Below are positions 39,785 to 48,978 of a stretch of 64,000 nucleotides of DNA, in pieces. The stretch is from an uncultured Verrucomicrobiae bacterium (GTDB lineage: Bacteria; Verrucomicrobiota; Verrucomicrobiia; Limisphaerales; Palsa-1400). The notes under the pieces were generated by a model. The model worked only from the letters and a program-made list of their open reading frames with translations. It was not told the origin of the DNA and ran no database searches. Positions within the stretch are counted from its first letter, which is position 1. Each line of letters begins with the position of its first letter. The position numbers were made by a program, and so were the translations under genes. Location: NCBI GenBank assembly GCA_963707025.1, contig CAVPOM010000018.1, forward strand, positions 544,001 to 608,000, read 5' to 3'.

Positions 39785-41277
39785 TGAGCTGGACCCCTAT
39801 TTTTAGACCACAGGTAAGTTTCGATTTTTGCCGGTTTGCTGTAGATAAGAAAGAGCAGACTTATGAAAGCAAAACGGAAAAGACACAGTGCGGCCTTCAA
39901 GGCCAAAGTGGGATTCGAAGCCCTGGTGGGGCTGAAGACGGTCGCGCAATTGGCGCGAGAGTATGCGGTGCATCCGGCGCAGGTCACGCAGTGGCGGGCG
40001 ACGATTCGGGATCACATGCCCGAATTGTTTGAGCCCGGGCAACCCCGCACGGAGGATCAGGAACAGTTGATTGCCCAACTGCATGAGAAGATTGGCCAAC
40101 TGACGGTGGACTTGGACTGGCTTAAAAAAAAGTCCAGGCAACTGGGGCTTTAACATGTTTAATCGCTCCCGATCCGCAGCTCAGCGTGCGGCGCCAGTGC
40201 GAGCTGCTGGCGGTGTGCCGTGGCAGTTATTATTACCAGTGCTGTCCGGAGACAGAGGAGAACCTGGCGCTGATGCGGCGGTTGGACCAGATGCATTTGG
40301 ACCACCCGGTTTATGGCAGCCGCAAACTGACCGTGCTGTTGCGCCGGGAGGGTTTGACCATCAATCGCAAACGGGTGGTGCGGCTGCTGCGGTTGATGGG
40401 GATCGAGGCGATTTACGCCAAGCCCAAGACGAGTCTGCGGGAGATGGGGCACCAGATTTATCCGTATCTGTTACGCAATTTGGCAGTGACGGGACCGGAT
40501 CAGGTTTGGTGTTCGGACATTACGTATGTGCCTATGGCAACTGGGTTTATGTATTTGGTGGCGGTGATGGATTGGTGGAGTCGTTACGTGCTGGGATGGC
40601 GCTTGAGCAACACGTTGGAGGCGGACTTTTGTGTGGACGCTTGGGAGGCGGCGTTGCGGGCGGGGCGTCAGGCGCCGTTGATTTCCAATACCGACCAGGG
40701 ATCGCAGTTCACCTCCCCGATGTTTATCGATGCGGTGGAATCGGCGGGGGTGGACGTGAGCATGGACGGACGGGGTCGCTGGATGGACAACCGGTTTATC
40801 GAGCGGCTGTGGCGGAGCGCCAAGTATGAGGACATTTATTTGCAAGACTATGGCGACGGGTTGGCGGCAGGGCGCGGACTGGGCCGGTGGTTTGACGGCT
40901 ACAACCGGGAACGACCGCACCAGGCGTTGGGCTATGCGACGCCGGCGGACGCGTATTTTGATCCCGGCACGCATGGAGCCCAACCGGCCAAATGGGAAGC
41001 GATGCAACCTGCCAGAGGCAGGAGCGATCGCAGCACTTGACAGAGAGGCAGGCGGCAGGAAAAGGCTTGAAATCAGACCGCCTGCGGCGGTAGAGTTGAG
41101 AACCCTAAGAAAACGGAGAGGGAGGACGGGCAGTGCTCCGCATCGCTCGTTCTCTCTTTCGAAAGGGTTTTGAAACACGGAATGAACAGTAGTCAACTAC
41201 AATTAGTAATGACAGCAATCGGCAAAAGTCGCGCTTATTTCATGCGCTCCGTGGTCTAAAGGATGGGGTCCACCTCA
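39785..41277 (+). mobile_element. IS3-family insertion sequence, copy 2 (1493 bp), inverted relative to copy 1
   Basis: Same IRs and identical translated ORFs; 3-bp target duplication CAC (39782-39784, 41278-41280). Confidence 0.96.
39863..41040 (+). CDS. IS3 transposase OrfA/OrfB (-1 frameshift fusion)
   Basis: OrfA 39863-40153; A AAA AAG at 40126-40132; OrfB is open in the -1 frame from 40126 to 41040. Confidence 0.95.
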
Positions 41278-41429
41278 CACGCTCGGTGACTCAAATACTA
41301 TTGTGCCGTCGGAATGGATCATGATGTGGTCATGATGCATGTCCAATAACTAATATACAAACAACGGTTCGTCCATTTAAATGGCGGAATGGATATTGAT
41401 GAACCGATACTCCGCCTTGCCGTTCTTCG

Positions 41430-42629
41430 TTACAGCTCGCGCAGCGCCGCGGCGATGGGCAGGCGGGCGGCGCGGATGGCGGGGAAAAGGCCGCCGACCA
41501 GGCCGATCACCGCCGCCCAGACCAGGCCGCGCAGAAGCAGCGCCGGGGTGACGCGGAAGGCAAAGGCCACCTGGCTGAAGCTCTGCCAGTTGAGCGTGGA
41601 GGTGTGAAAATTGTTGAAGGCCAGATACGCCAGGCCGCCCCCCAGAATTCCTCCGGCCAGCGCCAGCGCCAGCGATTCGAGCATGAGGGACACCACAATC
41701 GCCCCGCTGCCGAATCCCAGCGCGCGCAAGGTCGCAATTTCGCGCGTGCGCGCCGCCACCGCGCTGTACATGGTGTTCAACGCCCCGAAAATCGCGCCCA
41801 GGGCCATGAGCGCCGCGATCAGAACACCCAGCGTATTGATCAACTCGGTCAGCATGACGGAATGGGCGGCGAAATATTCCGATTCCCGCGCCACTTTCAC
41901 ATTGACACGCGGGTTGGAGAGCAAGGCATTGGTGAATGACTGGTAGGCCCCGGCCGAATTGAGTTTCACATAGACGGATTGATAGGTGTCGCCCCGGTTG
42001 AAGGCGGCCTGCAACACTTTGCCGTCGGTCCAGATTTCCGATTCCGCCGCTCCGCCGCCGGCGGAGAAAATGCCCGCCACCCGCCAGTCGGACCGGCCGA
42101 CTTTGATGGTGCCGCCCAGCTTCAGCCCGCCAAATTCCTGGGCCGCGCCCACGCCGGCGATGACCTCGTTTTTCCCCCACTCGTTCATCCGGCCCGCCAG
42201 GAGCTTGATGTTCCCCCGCACCAGCAGCGCCGCCGGGTCCACGCCCCGCAGCGGCACGTTCGCATCCGTCCCGGTGGAGCGCTTGGGCAGGTTGATCATC
42301 ACATACAACTCGGCCGACGAGAGCGGCCCGTTGCTGCCCCGCGCCACCTCGGGCGCATCGGCGATCACCTGCGTCATTTCGTGGCTCAGCCCGCTGACCA
42401 TCTCGCTGTCCGCCCCGCTGCGCAGCACGATGGCGTTGTCGTCCGAGCCGGAAGCGGTCATGGCCATCTTGAATCCAACGGCCATGGACAACACGCCGAC
42501 CAGAACCGCCACCACGCCGGCGATGCCCACCATGGTGGCGGCGACTGAGCCGAGGCGGCGCGGCACGCTCATCAACCCAAAACGGGTGACGGCGACGACT
42601 TGCAACAACCATGTCCACGGTCCGATCAT
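41430..42629 (-). CDS. MacB/FtsX-like ABC permease
   Basis: Periplasmic domain, RTREIATLRALGF, FPAIRAARL. Confidence 0.92.
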   Translation of the reverse strand: MIGPWTWLLQVVAVTRFGLMSVPRRLGSVAATMVGIAGVVAVLVGVLSMAVGFKMAMTASGSDDNAIVLRSGADSEMVSGLSHEMTQVIADAPEVARGSNGPLSSAELYVMINLPKRSTGTDANVPLRGVDPAALLVRGNIKLLAGRMNEWGKNEVIAGVGAAQEFGGLKLGGTIKVGRSDWRVAGIFSAGGGAAESEIWTDGKVLQAAFNRGDTYQSVYVKLNSAGAYQSFTNALLSNPRVNVKVARESEYFAAHSVMLTELINTLGVLIAALMALGAIFGALNTMYSAVAARTREIATLRALGFGSGAIVVSLMLESLALALAGGILGGGLAYLAFNNFHTSTLNWQSFSQVAFAFRVTPALLLRGLVWAAVIGLVGGLFPAIRAARLPIAAALREL

Positions 42630-42630
42630 G

Positions 42631-43788
42631 TTACATCCTTCGCAAAGAGTCGGCCACGCGCAGGCGCATGGCTTGGAGGGCGGGAAAAATTCCCGTGGCC
42701 AACCCCAGGGCCAGGCTGATGCCCAGGCCGGTCAACAAATCATTGACTGGAAAATAGAAGAACGGCAGCAGGCCGTTGGTCGGATCGCCGCGCAAAATGA
42801 ACAGCCAGGACAGGCCCAGCCCGAGCACCCCGCCCAGCACCGCCAGCAGACAAGACTCCGCCATGACCTGGCAGAGCACCTGGCCATTGGTGAATCCGAT
42901 GGCCTTGAGCACCCCCAATTCTCCGGTGCGTTCGCGGACGGATTGGGCCATGGTGTTTCCCGCCACCAGCAAAATGGTGAAGAAGACCGCGCCCATGATC
43001 CCCTGGGCGATGAGTCCGATGTTGCCAATTTGCTTGGCGAAGGACTGGACAAAGGCGCCCTCGGGTTCGGTTTTGGTTTCGGCGGGCGAGTTGGCGAATT
43101 CGTCATCAATGCGTTTGGCGACGGCCACCGCCTGCGACGGGTCCTTCACGCGGATGACGTACCAGCCGACGTGTCCCTTGTCATATTGGCGTCCCTCGTC
43201 GAAGTAATCGTAGCGAAACCAAAGCGGGGTGGTATCGGTCGCGTTGTCCTGTCCGTCGAAAATGCCGGCCACACAAAACTCCCAGAGCGGGCTGCCATCG
43301 GATTTGGTCCAGATGGCGGTGGTAATGGGAATGGTGTCGCCAATTTTCCAGTGAAAACGATCGGCGGTCTTGCGTCCCACCACCGCCGCGTTGCGCGAGC
43401 TGAGCCAGGCCTTCTTCTGCTCCGGGGCAAGAATGACCTTCGGGTACATGGCCAGAACCTCCTCCGGCACCACCGCCATCTGCGGAAAAAAGTTGCGCGG
43501 CTCGTCCTGGTAAATGCCGCCAAACCAGGTGAAATGGGCCGAGCCGGCGACTCCGGGAATCTTTTCAATGCTCTGCTGGTAACTGCCCGGCAAGGAAATG
43601 ATGAGCGAAACTTTGTGGCGGACCACCAGGCGATCCGCCCCGGCCATGGCCACGCCGCCGACCAGCGCCTGTTTGATGGCGGCAATCAAACCAAACAGCA
43701 TGAAGGCCACGAGAATGGAAAGCATCGTCAGCAGCGTGCGCAGCTTGCGGCGCTGGAGATTGCTCCAGATGAGGGGGAGGAACTTCAC
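42631..43788 (-). CDS. MacB/FtsX-like ABC permease
   Basis: RRKLRTLLT, ERTGELGVLKAIGF; GTG start. Confidence 0.92.
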   Translation of the reverse strand: MKFLPLIWSNLQRRKLRTLLTMLSILVAFMLFGLIAAIKQALVGGVAMAGADRLVVRHKVSLIISLPGSYQQSIEKIPGVAGSAHFTWFGGIYQDEPRNFFPQMAVVPEEVLAMYPKVILAPEQKKAWLSSRNAAVVGRKTADRFHWKIGDTIPITTAIWTKSDGSPLWEFCVAGIFDGQDNATDTTPLWFRYDYFDEGRQYDKGHVGWYVIRVKDPSQAVAVAKRIDDEFANSPAETKTEPEGAFVQSFAKQIGNIGLIAQGIMGAVFFTILLVAGNTMAQSVRERTGELGVLKAIGFTNGQVLCQVMAESCLLAVLGGVLGLGLSWLFILRGDPTNGLLPFFYFPVNDLLTGLGISLALGLATGIFPALQAMRLRVADSLRRM

Positions 43789-43828
43789 GGCAAGAGGGAA
43801 GAGCGGAGGCCTGGAGTCTCGGAGGAAC

Positions 43829-43904
43829 GGAGTGTTGGAGTGATGGAGTGATGGAGTGATGGGCCGGATCGCGCCATCCCAACACTCCAACACTCCAATA
43901 CTCC
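43829..43904. repeat. Inverted pair of octamer arrays (GGAGTGWT)n / (AACACTCC)n
   Basis: 43829-43863 is complementary to 43874-43904; lies inside the ABC operon. Confidence 0.85.
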
Positions 43905-43921
43905 GTTTTCCCGGTTCTTCT

Positions 43922-44629
43922 TCATTTCTGCGCTTCGCTCCACAGTTGGCCTTTATCGAGGTGGACCGTCCGCGCCGCGCGGGCCGAGGCGTGGGGATCG
44001 TGCGTGACCATGACGATGGTTTTGCCGTGCTCCCGGTTCAGCGCCTGGAGCAAATCCAGGATCTCGTCGCCCGCCTTCCGGTCCAGGTCGCCCGTCGGCT
44101 CGTCGCACAACAGCAGGGTCGGGTCGGTGACAATGGCGCGGGCGATGCCGACCCGTTGCTGTTCGCCGCCGGAAAGGGTGCGCGGATAATGTTGGGCGCG
44201 ATGCGACAAGCCGACGACGGCCAGGGCGGTCTGGACATGCTGGGCGCGCTCGGCCTTGGAAAGGCGGGTGAGGAGCAGGGGCAATTCCACATTCCGGGCC
44301 GCGTTCAGCACCGGCATGAGGTTGTAAAGTTGAAAAATAAAACCGACATGCCGCGCGCGCCAGTGCGCCAGTTCCCGCTCGGCCAGCCGGTCAATGCGCT
44401 CTCCGCCCACCGTCACCGAACCCTGGGTGGGACGGTCCAGTCCGCCGATCAAATTGAGCAGCGTGCTCTTGCCCGAGCCCGACGGCCCCATCAGGGCGAG
44501 GAATTCCCGGGCCGGCACCTGCAAATTCAGGTCGGCCAAAACATGAATATCTTCCGCGCCGCGGTGGAACACCTTTTCCACCCGCTCCACCCGCACCAAC
44601 GCGCCGTCGCTCGATTGATGTTCGCTCAT
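43922..44629 (-). CDS. MacB/LolD-like ABC ATP-binding protein
   Basis: GPSGSGKST, LSGGEQQR, DEPTGDLD, VTHD. Confidence 0.95.
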   Translation of the reverse strand: MSEHQSSDGALVRVERVEKVFHRGAEDIHVLADLNLQVPAREFLALMGPSGSGKSTLLNLIGGLDRPTQGSVTVGGERIDRLAERELAHWRARHVGFIFQLYNLMPVLNAARNVELPLLLTRLSKAERAQHVQTALAVVGLSHRAQHYPRTLSGGEQQRVGIARAIVTDPTLLLCDEPTGDLDRKAGDEILDLLQALNREHGKTIVMVTHDPHASARAARTVHLDKGQLWSEAQK

Positions 44630-45852
44630 GACTTTTTTTCTTTCACCGCCGCCCCATCTTTCAGGCCGGCCGGGGCCTCGACAATGACTTTTTCACCGGC
44701 CCCCACTCCCGCGCTCAAGACGGCGTCTTCGCCCTGCGCTTCGCTGACGGTGACGGCGCGCCGTTGCGCACGGCCCTTGTCCACCGTGAAGATGACATCC
44801 TGTCCGTCCTGGTTTTGCAAGGCGCTTTTGGGCACGATGACCGCGCGGGTGACCGCTTCGGGAGCGGCGGCCGTCTCGCGAAAGGCCACTTTGACCGCCA
44901 TGTCCGGGAGGATGCGCGGATTGAGTTTGTCGAAGCCCACCCGCACTTTCACCGTCGCCTTCTGGCGGTCGGCGGTGGGAATGATGGCGATGACGTGGCA
45001 CGGGATTTTCCAGTCGGGGTAGGCGTCCAGCGCCGCCTCGGCCGGTTGGGCCGGCTCGACGCGGTTGATGTAGCTTTCGTTGACGTCCAGTTCAATTTCC
45101 AGCGAGTTCATGTCCACCACCGTGCCAATGCCCGTGCGGGTGAAACCGCCGCCGGCGGAAATGGGGGAAATCATCTCGCCGGGCTGCGCGTTTTTCGTCG
45201 TGACCACGCCGTCGAACGGGGCGCGGATGACCATGTCTTCGATTTGCTGCTGCCACATGGCCACCTGGCGCTCCCCGGCGGTAATGTCCATTTCCTGGCG
45301 CTTGATGCGCGCCCGCATCGTCATGGCGTCGGACTCGGCGGTTTCCAGGTCGGCTTGCGAGGCCACTTTCTGTTTGGCCAGCTCGGTGGCGCGCTGGAAG
45401 GCCAGGTCGGCTTGTTTGAGTTGGGCGCGCGTTTCTTCCAGGGACAGGCGCGTCGAATCCAACTGCGCCTGGGCCAGCTCCAGGCTGGTCCGGACATTGG
45501 AATCATCCAGCCGCGCCAAAATCTGTCCTTCCTTGACCTTCAGTCCTTCCTCAATGTCCACCTCAATGACCTTGCCGGTGACCTTGGCGGAAACGGTCGC
45601 CTGCCGCCGCGCCGTGACATAGCCGGAAGCGTTCAAAACCGTCCGCTCCGCGCCACCGCCGCCACCGCCGGCGGCCCGGGCCACAACCGTCCGCACCTCC
45701 ACCGTCTCCGCCCGCCCGCGCCACCAAAGCGCCGCGCCCGCCACCGCAGCGAGGACAACCACGGCCACTGCCAGCCACGATTTGGACGAGCCGGCCGTTT
45801 CCGGGCGGCGCTCGATGCGCAAGTCATCCAAGGCTGGTTTGGGCGAACTCAT
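44626..45852 (-). CDS. MacA-like periplasmic adaptor (efflux membrane fusion protein)
   Basis: N-terminal TM, ASGYV, lipoyl halves flanking a coiled coil, IRAPFDGVV. Confidence 0.92.
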   Translation of the reverse strand: MSSPKPALDDLRIERRPETAGSSKSWLAVAVVVLAAVAGAALWWRGRAETVEVRTVVARAAGGGGGGAERTVLNASGYVTARRQATVSAKVTGKVIEVDIEEGLKVKEGQILARLDDSNVRTSLELAQAQLDSTRLSLEETRAQLKQADLAFQRATELAKQKVASQADLETAESDAMTMRARIKRQEMDITAGERQVAMWQQQIEDMVIRAPFDGVVTTKNAQPGEMISPISAGGGFTRTGIGTVVDMNSLEIELDVNESYINRVEPAQPAEAALDAYPDWKIPCHVIAIIPTADRQKATVKVRVGFDKLNPRILPDMAVKVAFRETAAAPEAVTRAVIVPKSALQNQDGQDVIFTVDKGRAQRRAVTVSEAQGEDAVLSAGVGAGEKVIVEAPAGLKDGAAVKEKKS

Positions 45853-45913
45853 AAATGTCCGTCCCTAGCAGAACGGTTTTTGCCGCCCGGGTCAAGCCGC
45901 GGAGGAACCAGGA

Positions 45914-45997
45914 TCAGCTTTTGCTTTTAGGACGCAAGTGTTCGGAAAGCCTGGAAAGCAGGCGTTGATGCCGTTCGCCGGAGATGGAACCGATCAT
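45914..45997 (-). pseudogene. 27-aa remnant of a probable PemK/MazF-like toxin (start codon fused to the C-terminal helix)
   Basis: MIGSISGERHQRLLSRLSEHLRPKSKS*; its ATG overlaps the upstream gene's TGA (ATGA). Family assignment is from recollection, not a search. Confidence 0.5.
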
Positions 45998-46209
45998 CCT
46001 TTGAGATCGGCTGCGGAATAAACCGGTTCGTCGTCACCATAACCCCTCGCCAAGGCGCGGGTGGCGGCACCGTGCCAGTGCGCCTCCTCGGAGGATTCTT
46101 CCTTTGACAGGACCGTCACCATCAACGGCGAGTTGTGAGGCAGATCGAACGGCTCATCCAAAACAATCTGTTTTCCGTTAAAATGTGCTTTCAATGTGAC
46201 CGCAGGCAT
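45994..46209 (-). CDS. Small putative antitoxin (AF2212/DUF104-like N-terminus)
   Basis: MPAVTLKAHFNGKQIVLDEP...LARGYGDDEPVYS. Confidence 0.6.
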   Translation of the reverse strand: MPAVTLKAHFNGKQIVLDEPFDLPHNSPLMVTVLSKEESSEEAHWHGAATRALARGYGDDEPVYSAADLKG

Positions 46210-46334
46210 GGACTCAACATATTTTGACAGGAACACAAGCGCAAGGGGAAATGATGGGACTCCGCGCCGGCCAGAGCGGCTGGATTTTTCTGCTTCAACA
46301 AACGAAACGGCGGTTGTATCATACAAACCAGACG

Positions 46335-46883
46335 GTGAATTCCAACACACAACTGAGCGTTACTTACAAGCTCGAATCTGCCGACCTCCGAGCGTTTCAG
46401 CGTTACGCGCTCAAGAACCTTCCCAGCGCTCGCCGGGTTCGTTACATGACTGCAGCCGTTATGGCTGCGCTTTGCCTTTGGTTGACCCTGACCTCAGATG
46501 ACCATCGGCTTGGTTTTCGCATTGCTTACTTTTTCATCTTGGCGTTGGTCTTTTGGGGCCTGATGAGTTTGTGGTTGTTCATCGCGACGCGCATTTCGCA
46601 GGGGCGCGCTTACACTTCCGAAAAGCACCGGTCGGTTCTCTGCGAGCACACTGCGACATTGGCAGATGACGCATTTATTGACGTGACGCCCTGCAACGAA
46701 GCCCGGAATCTGTGGCAGGGGATTTATCAGGTGGCAGATGCCGAAGATCATGTTTACATTTTTACCTCGGTGCATTCAGCGCACATCATCCCGAAACGCG
46801 CGTTTGCAAATGAAGCGGGCGTTCGAAAGTTTTATGAGAGAGCATTCAATTTACAGTCAGCAGCACAACGGGTCGCCGCCTGA
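46335..46883 (+). CDS. YcxB-like membrane protein
   Basis: Two TM helices then W..I..V...HVYIF....AHIIPKRAF. Confidence 0.8.
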   Translation: MNSNTQLSVTYKLESADLRAFQRYALKNLPSARRVRYMTAAVMAALCLWLTLTSDDHRLGFRIAYFFILALVFWGLMSLWLFIATRISQGRAYTSEKHRSVLCEHTATLADDAFIDVTPCNEARNLWQGIYQVADAEDHVYIFTSVHSAHIIPKRAFANEAGVRKFYERAFNLQSAAQRVAA

Positions 46884-46938
46884 GAGTGCTTCCGCGGCGG
46901 GCGTTGAGCCGAGTCATATTTCGGCGCACTGAAAAATT

Positions 46939-47322
46939 ATGTCATCCCACATTCCGGAAGGTGATTGGCGGCACTTCAAGCGCGTGCATGGGGAGATTTA
47001 TGAGCGTTTCTGTGCCGGTGTCCTGGCGGAGTTGGCGGCGATCCTCAAGGCTGGCGAGGGGACCGCGTTTGACCGGTATGACCGGGCCTGCAAGCTGCTC
47101 AAGAGGCGGGACAAGGAGTTGCGGCGCGCTTTCGACGACTTTCGGCGTTCCACGGCCGTCTGGCAGTTGGCCATCATGCGGAGGATGGGCCTGCTGACAG
47201 ACCAGGATCTGAGCGTCTTTTCCGCGCAGACCCAGGAGCAGATTCGAGGTATCGCCTCCATTGGCCGGGAGCCGGACAGTCCAGCCAGCGCGAGCCAGCC
47301 GGGTCGCTCAGAGACGGATTAA
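46939..47322 (+). CDS. Conserved hypothetical protein
   Basis: IPEGDWRHFK...ERFC...AFDDFRRSTA helical protein. Confidence 0.75.
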   Translation: MSSHIPEGDWRHFKRVHGEIYERFCAGVLAELAAILKAGEGTAFDRYDRACKLLKRRDKELRRAFDDFRRSTAVWQLAIMRRMGLLTDQDLSVFSAQTQEQIRGIASIGREPDSPASASQPGRSETD

Positions 47323-47343
47323 GCGAGGGCGGCGGCTGGCTCG
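47291..47343. repeat. Hairpin overlapping the gene end (attC-like, degenerate)
   Basis: Perfect 11-bp IR CGAGCCAGCCG / CGGCTGGCTCG with inner TCGCT / AGCGA. Confidence 0.6.
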
Positions 47344-47517
47344 GGCCGCCGGCGTTTGCCTTGAGCCACTTCCGCCCAGGCGCACGTTGGGGCCATTTGT
47401 GTTGTCGCCGCGTGCGCCTCCAACCATGCCACCTGCCTTAAAGGCTTGTCTTTCGGGGGCGATTCTGCCAATAAAACCGCGAATCAAATCTCCGTATAAA
47501 CAACGGCTTCCGGTGAT

Positions 47518-48906
47518 ATGAGGATTTGGCCGCGCATTCTGGCGTTATTTTATCTGCTCATTGCGGGCGGGGCCGCGTGGCGGACGGTGGCGCATACCAG
47601 CGAGGCGGCGCGCTGCTTCGATCAAATATGGAGCAAGGAAAGCGTGCAAAACGAAGGCGCCCAATTTGTCTCCCGCTATTTAAAGGCGGAGCATCCGATC
47701 ATCGGACCTTTCGTTTGGCCGTCCATCAAGCAAGCCCTGGACTTGCCCTCGTTGCAGGAATCTTCGCACGAACTGGGCTTCGAGATTCCTCATTTGGCGC
47801 AATGGGCCGACCGGGAGACCGCCCTGGCTGCCTGGTGGTCCTGGCTTTTTTTGAGTGCGAGTCTTCTCTACCTCGTTGCGGCCAGCGCGGTCCCGGACAG
47901 CCATCGGAGCCGGCATGTGCTTTTCGCGCTCGCCGGCGTTTCCACCCTTTCCTTTGCCGTGGGCATGGCCGCGCCGGCCATGGTGATTTTGACCATGCCC
48001 AGCGTGGCGGTTGAATCGGGAAAACTCGCCTTCGTTCTGCAACATGAAATCAGGAGCATCCTGTCAGTGATTGCGCGGCTCTTTTCCTCGGGCCATTGTT
48101 TCATCGGCGGTTTGATTGCGGCCTTCAGTATCGTCACGCCCTTGATCAAGACATCCCTGACGGTCATCGCCAGCACGACCGCCTCTTCCTCTCTCCACGC
48201 CAGCATCACCCGGTTCCTCCATGCCATCGGCAAGTGGGCCATGGCGGATGTTTTTGTGGCCGCCGTCCTGCTGGCCTATTTCGCCCTCAATTCCCAGGAG
48301 GCCACCAAAGCCATTCCCTGTCCCGGCTTGTATTATTTCGTGGGTTACTGCTTGTTGAGCATGGTGACAACCTTGCTCCTGGCCAATTTGGACTTCCTCG
48401 GCGAAAACAAATCGCCCCGCCCCGCGAAGAAGCCCGGAGTCGCAGTCATGGCCGGATTATTCGGCGGGGCCTTGCTCTTGATTGTGGCGGGCAGCATTTA
48501 CATGCTGGCCAAACACCCGGTTCCGGTCGTGCCGGTGGAGTTGAATGATTCCCAGGTGAGCCTGCCGGCTCATCGTTCGCATAAAATACCATTAAGCATT
48601 CCACATGCGGGCATTCTGTCAATTGCACTGCGCGTGACGCGGGGCAATGCTGTCAATGTGGCCCTCATCCGCGCCGATCAGCTTTCGCAGGTCGAACGAA
48701 CCAACGGCGTGATGGAGGCCGCGAAGTTGCAGCGGGCTAGTTTGCCCGCTTTTAAAGCGGTCCAAGCCAAGGTTTACAACCGCACCAACCAAATTGAGAA
48801 AGGCGATTTCCTGATTGTCCTGCAAGATACCACGCTGGGAATTCTCTCTTCCCGAACGAGCGACATCGAGGTTTACGCTGAATTAAGAAATCCCCGCCAA
48901 CCCTGA
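47518..48906 (+). CDS. PqiA-like (paraquat-inducible protein A) membrane domain with extra N- and C-terminal domains
   Basis: FSIVTPLIK, IGKWAMADVFV, GLYYFVGYC. Confidence 0.75.
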   Translation: MRIWPRILALFYLLIAGGAAWRTVAHTSEAARCFDQIWSKESVQNEGAQFVSRYLKAEHPIIGPFVWPSIKQALDLPSLQESSHELGFEIPHLAQWADRETALAAWWSWLFLSASLLYLVAASAVPDSHRSRHVLFALAGVSTLSFAVGMAAPAMVILTMPSVAVESGKLAFVLQHEIRSILSVIARLFSSGHCFIGGLIAAFSIVTPLIKTSLTVIASTTASSSLHASITRFLHAIGKWAMADVFVAAVLLAYFALNSQEATKAIPCPGLYYFVGYCLLSMVTTLLLANLDFLGENKSPRPAKKPGVAVMAGLFGGALLLIVAGSIYMLAKHPVPVVPVELNDSQVSLPAHRSHKIPLSIPHAGILSIALRVTRGNAVNVALIRADQLSQVERTNGVMEAAKLQRASLPAFKAVQAKVYNRTNQIEKGDFLIVLQDTTLGILSSRTSDIEVYAELRNPRQP

Positions 48907-48978
48907 CGGACCCATGGCGACGGAGGAGTGATTTCCGGCTGGTGCAATACCAAACTCGCAATGCTAGGATGCGGGGCG

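Larger units (their letters stand above)
39326..41340 (-). pseudogene. Hypothetical protein gene interrupted by IS3 copy 2
   Basis: (MHHDHI)MIHSDGTIVFESPSV at 41340-41278 joins in frame to IITARTTRDEFLSS... (39781-39326) once the IS and one CAC are removed. Confidence 0.75.

Noticed and set aside
37384..41277. Composite transposon that arrived as one unit
   Set aside because: Each IS has its own target duplication and splits its own gene; the outer flanks (CCC versus CAC) do not match.
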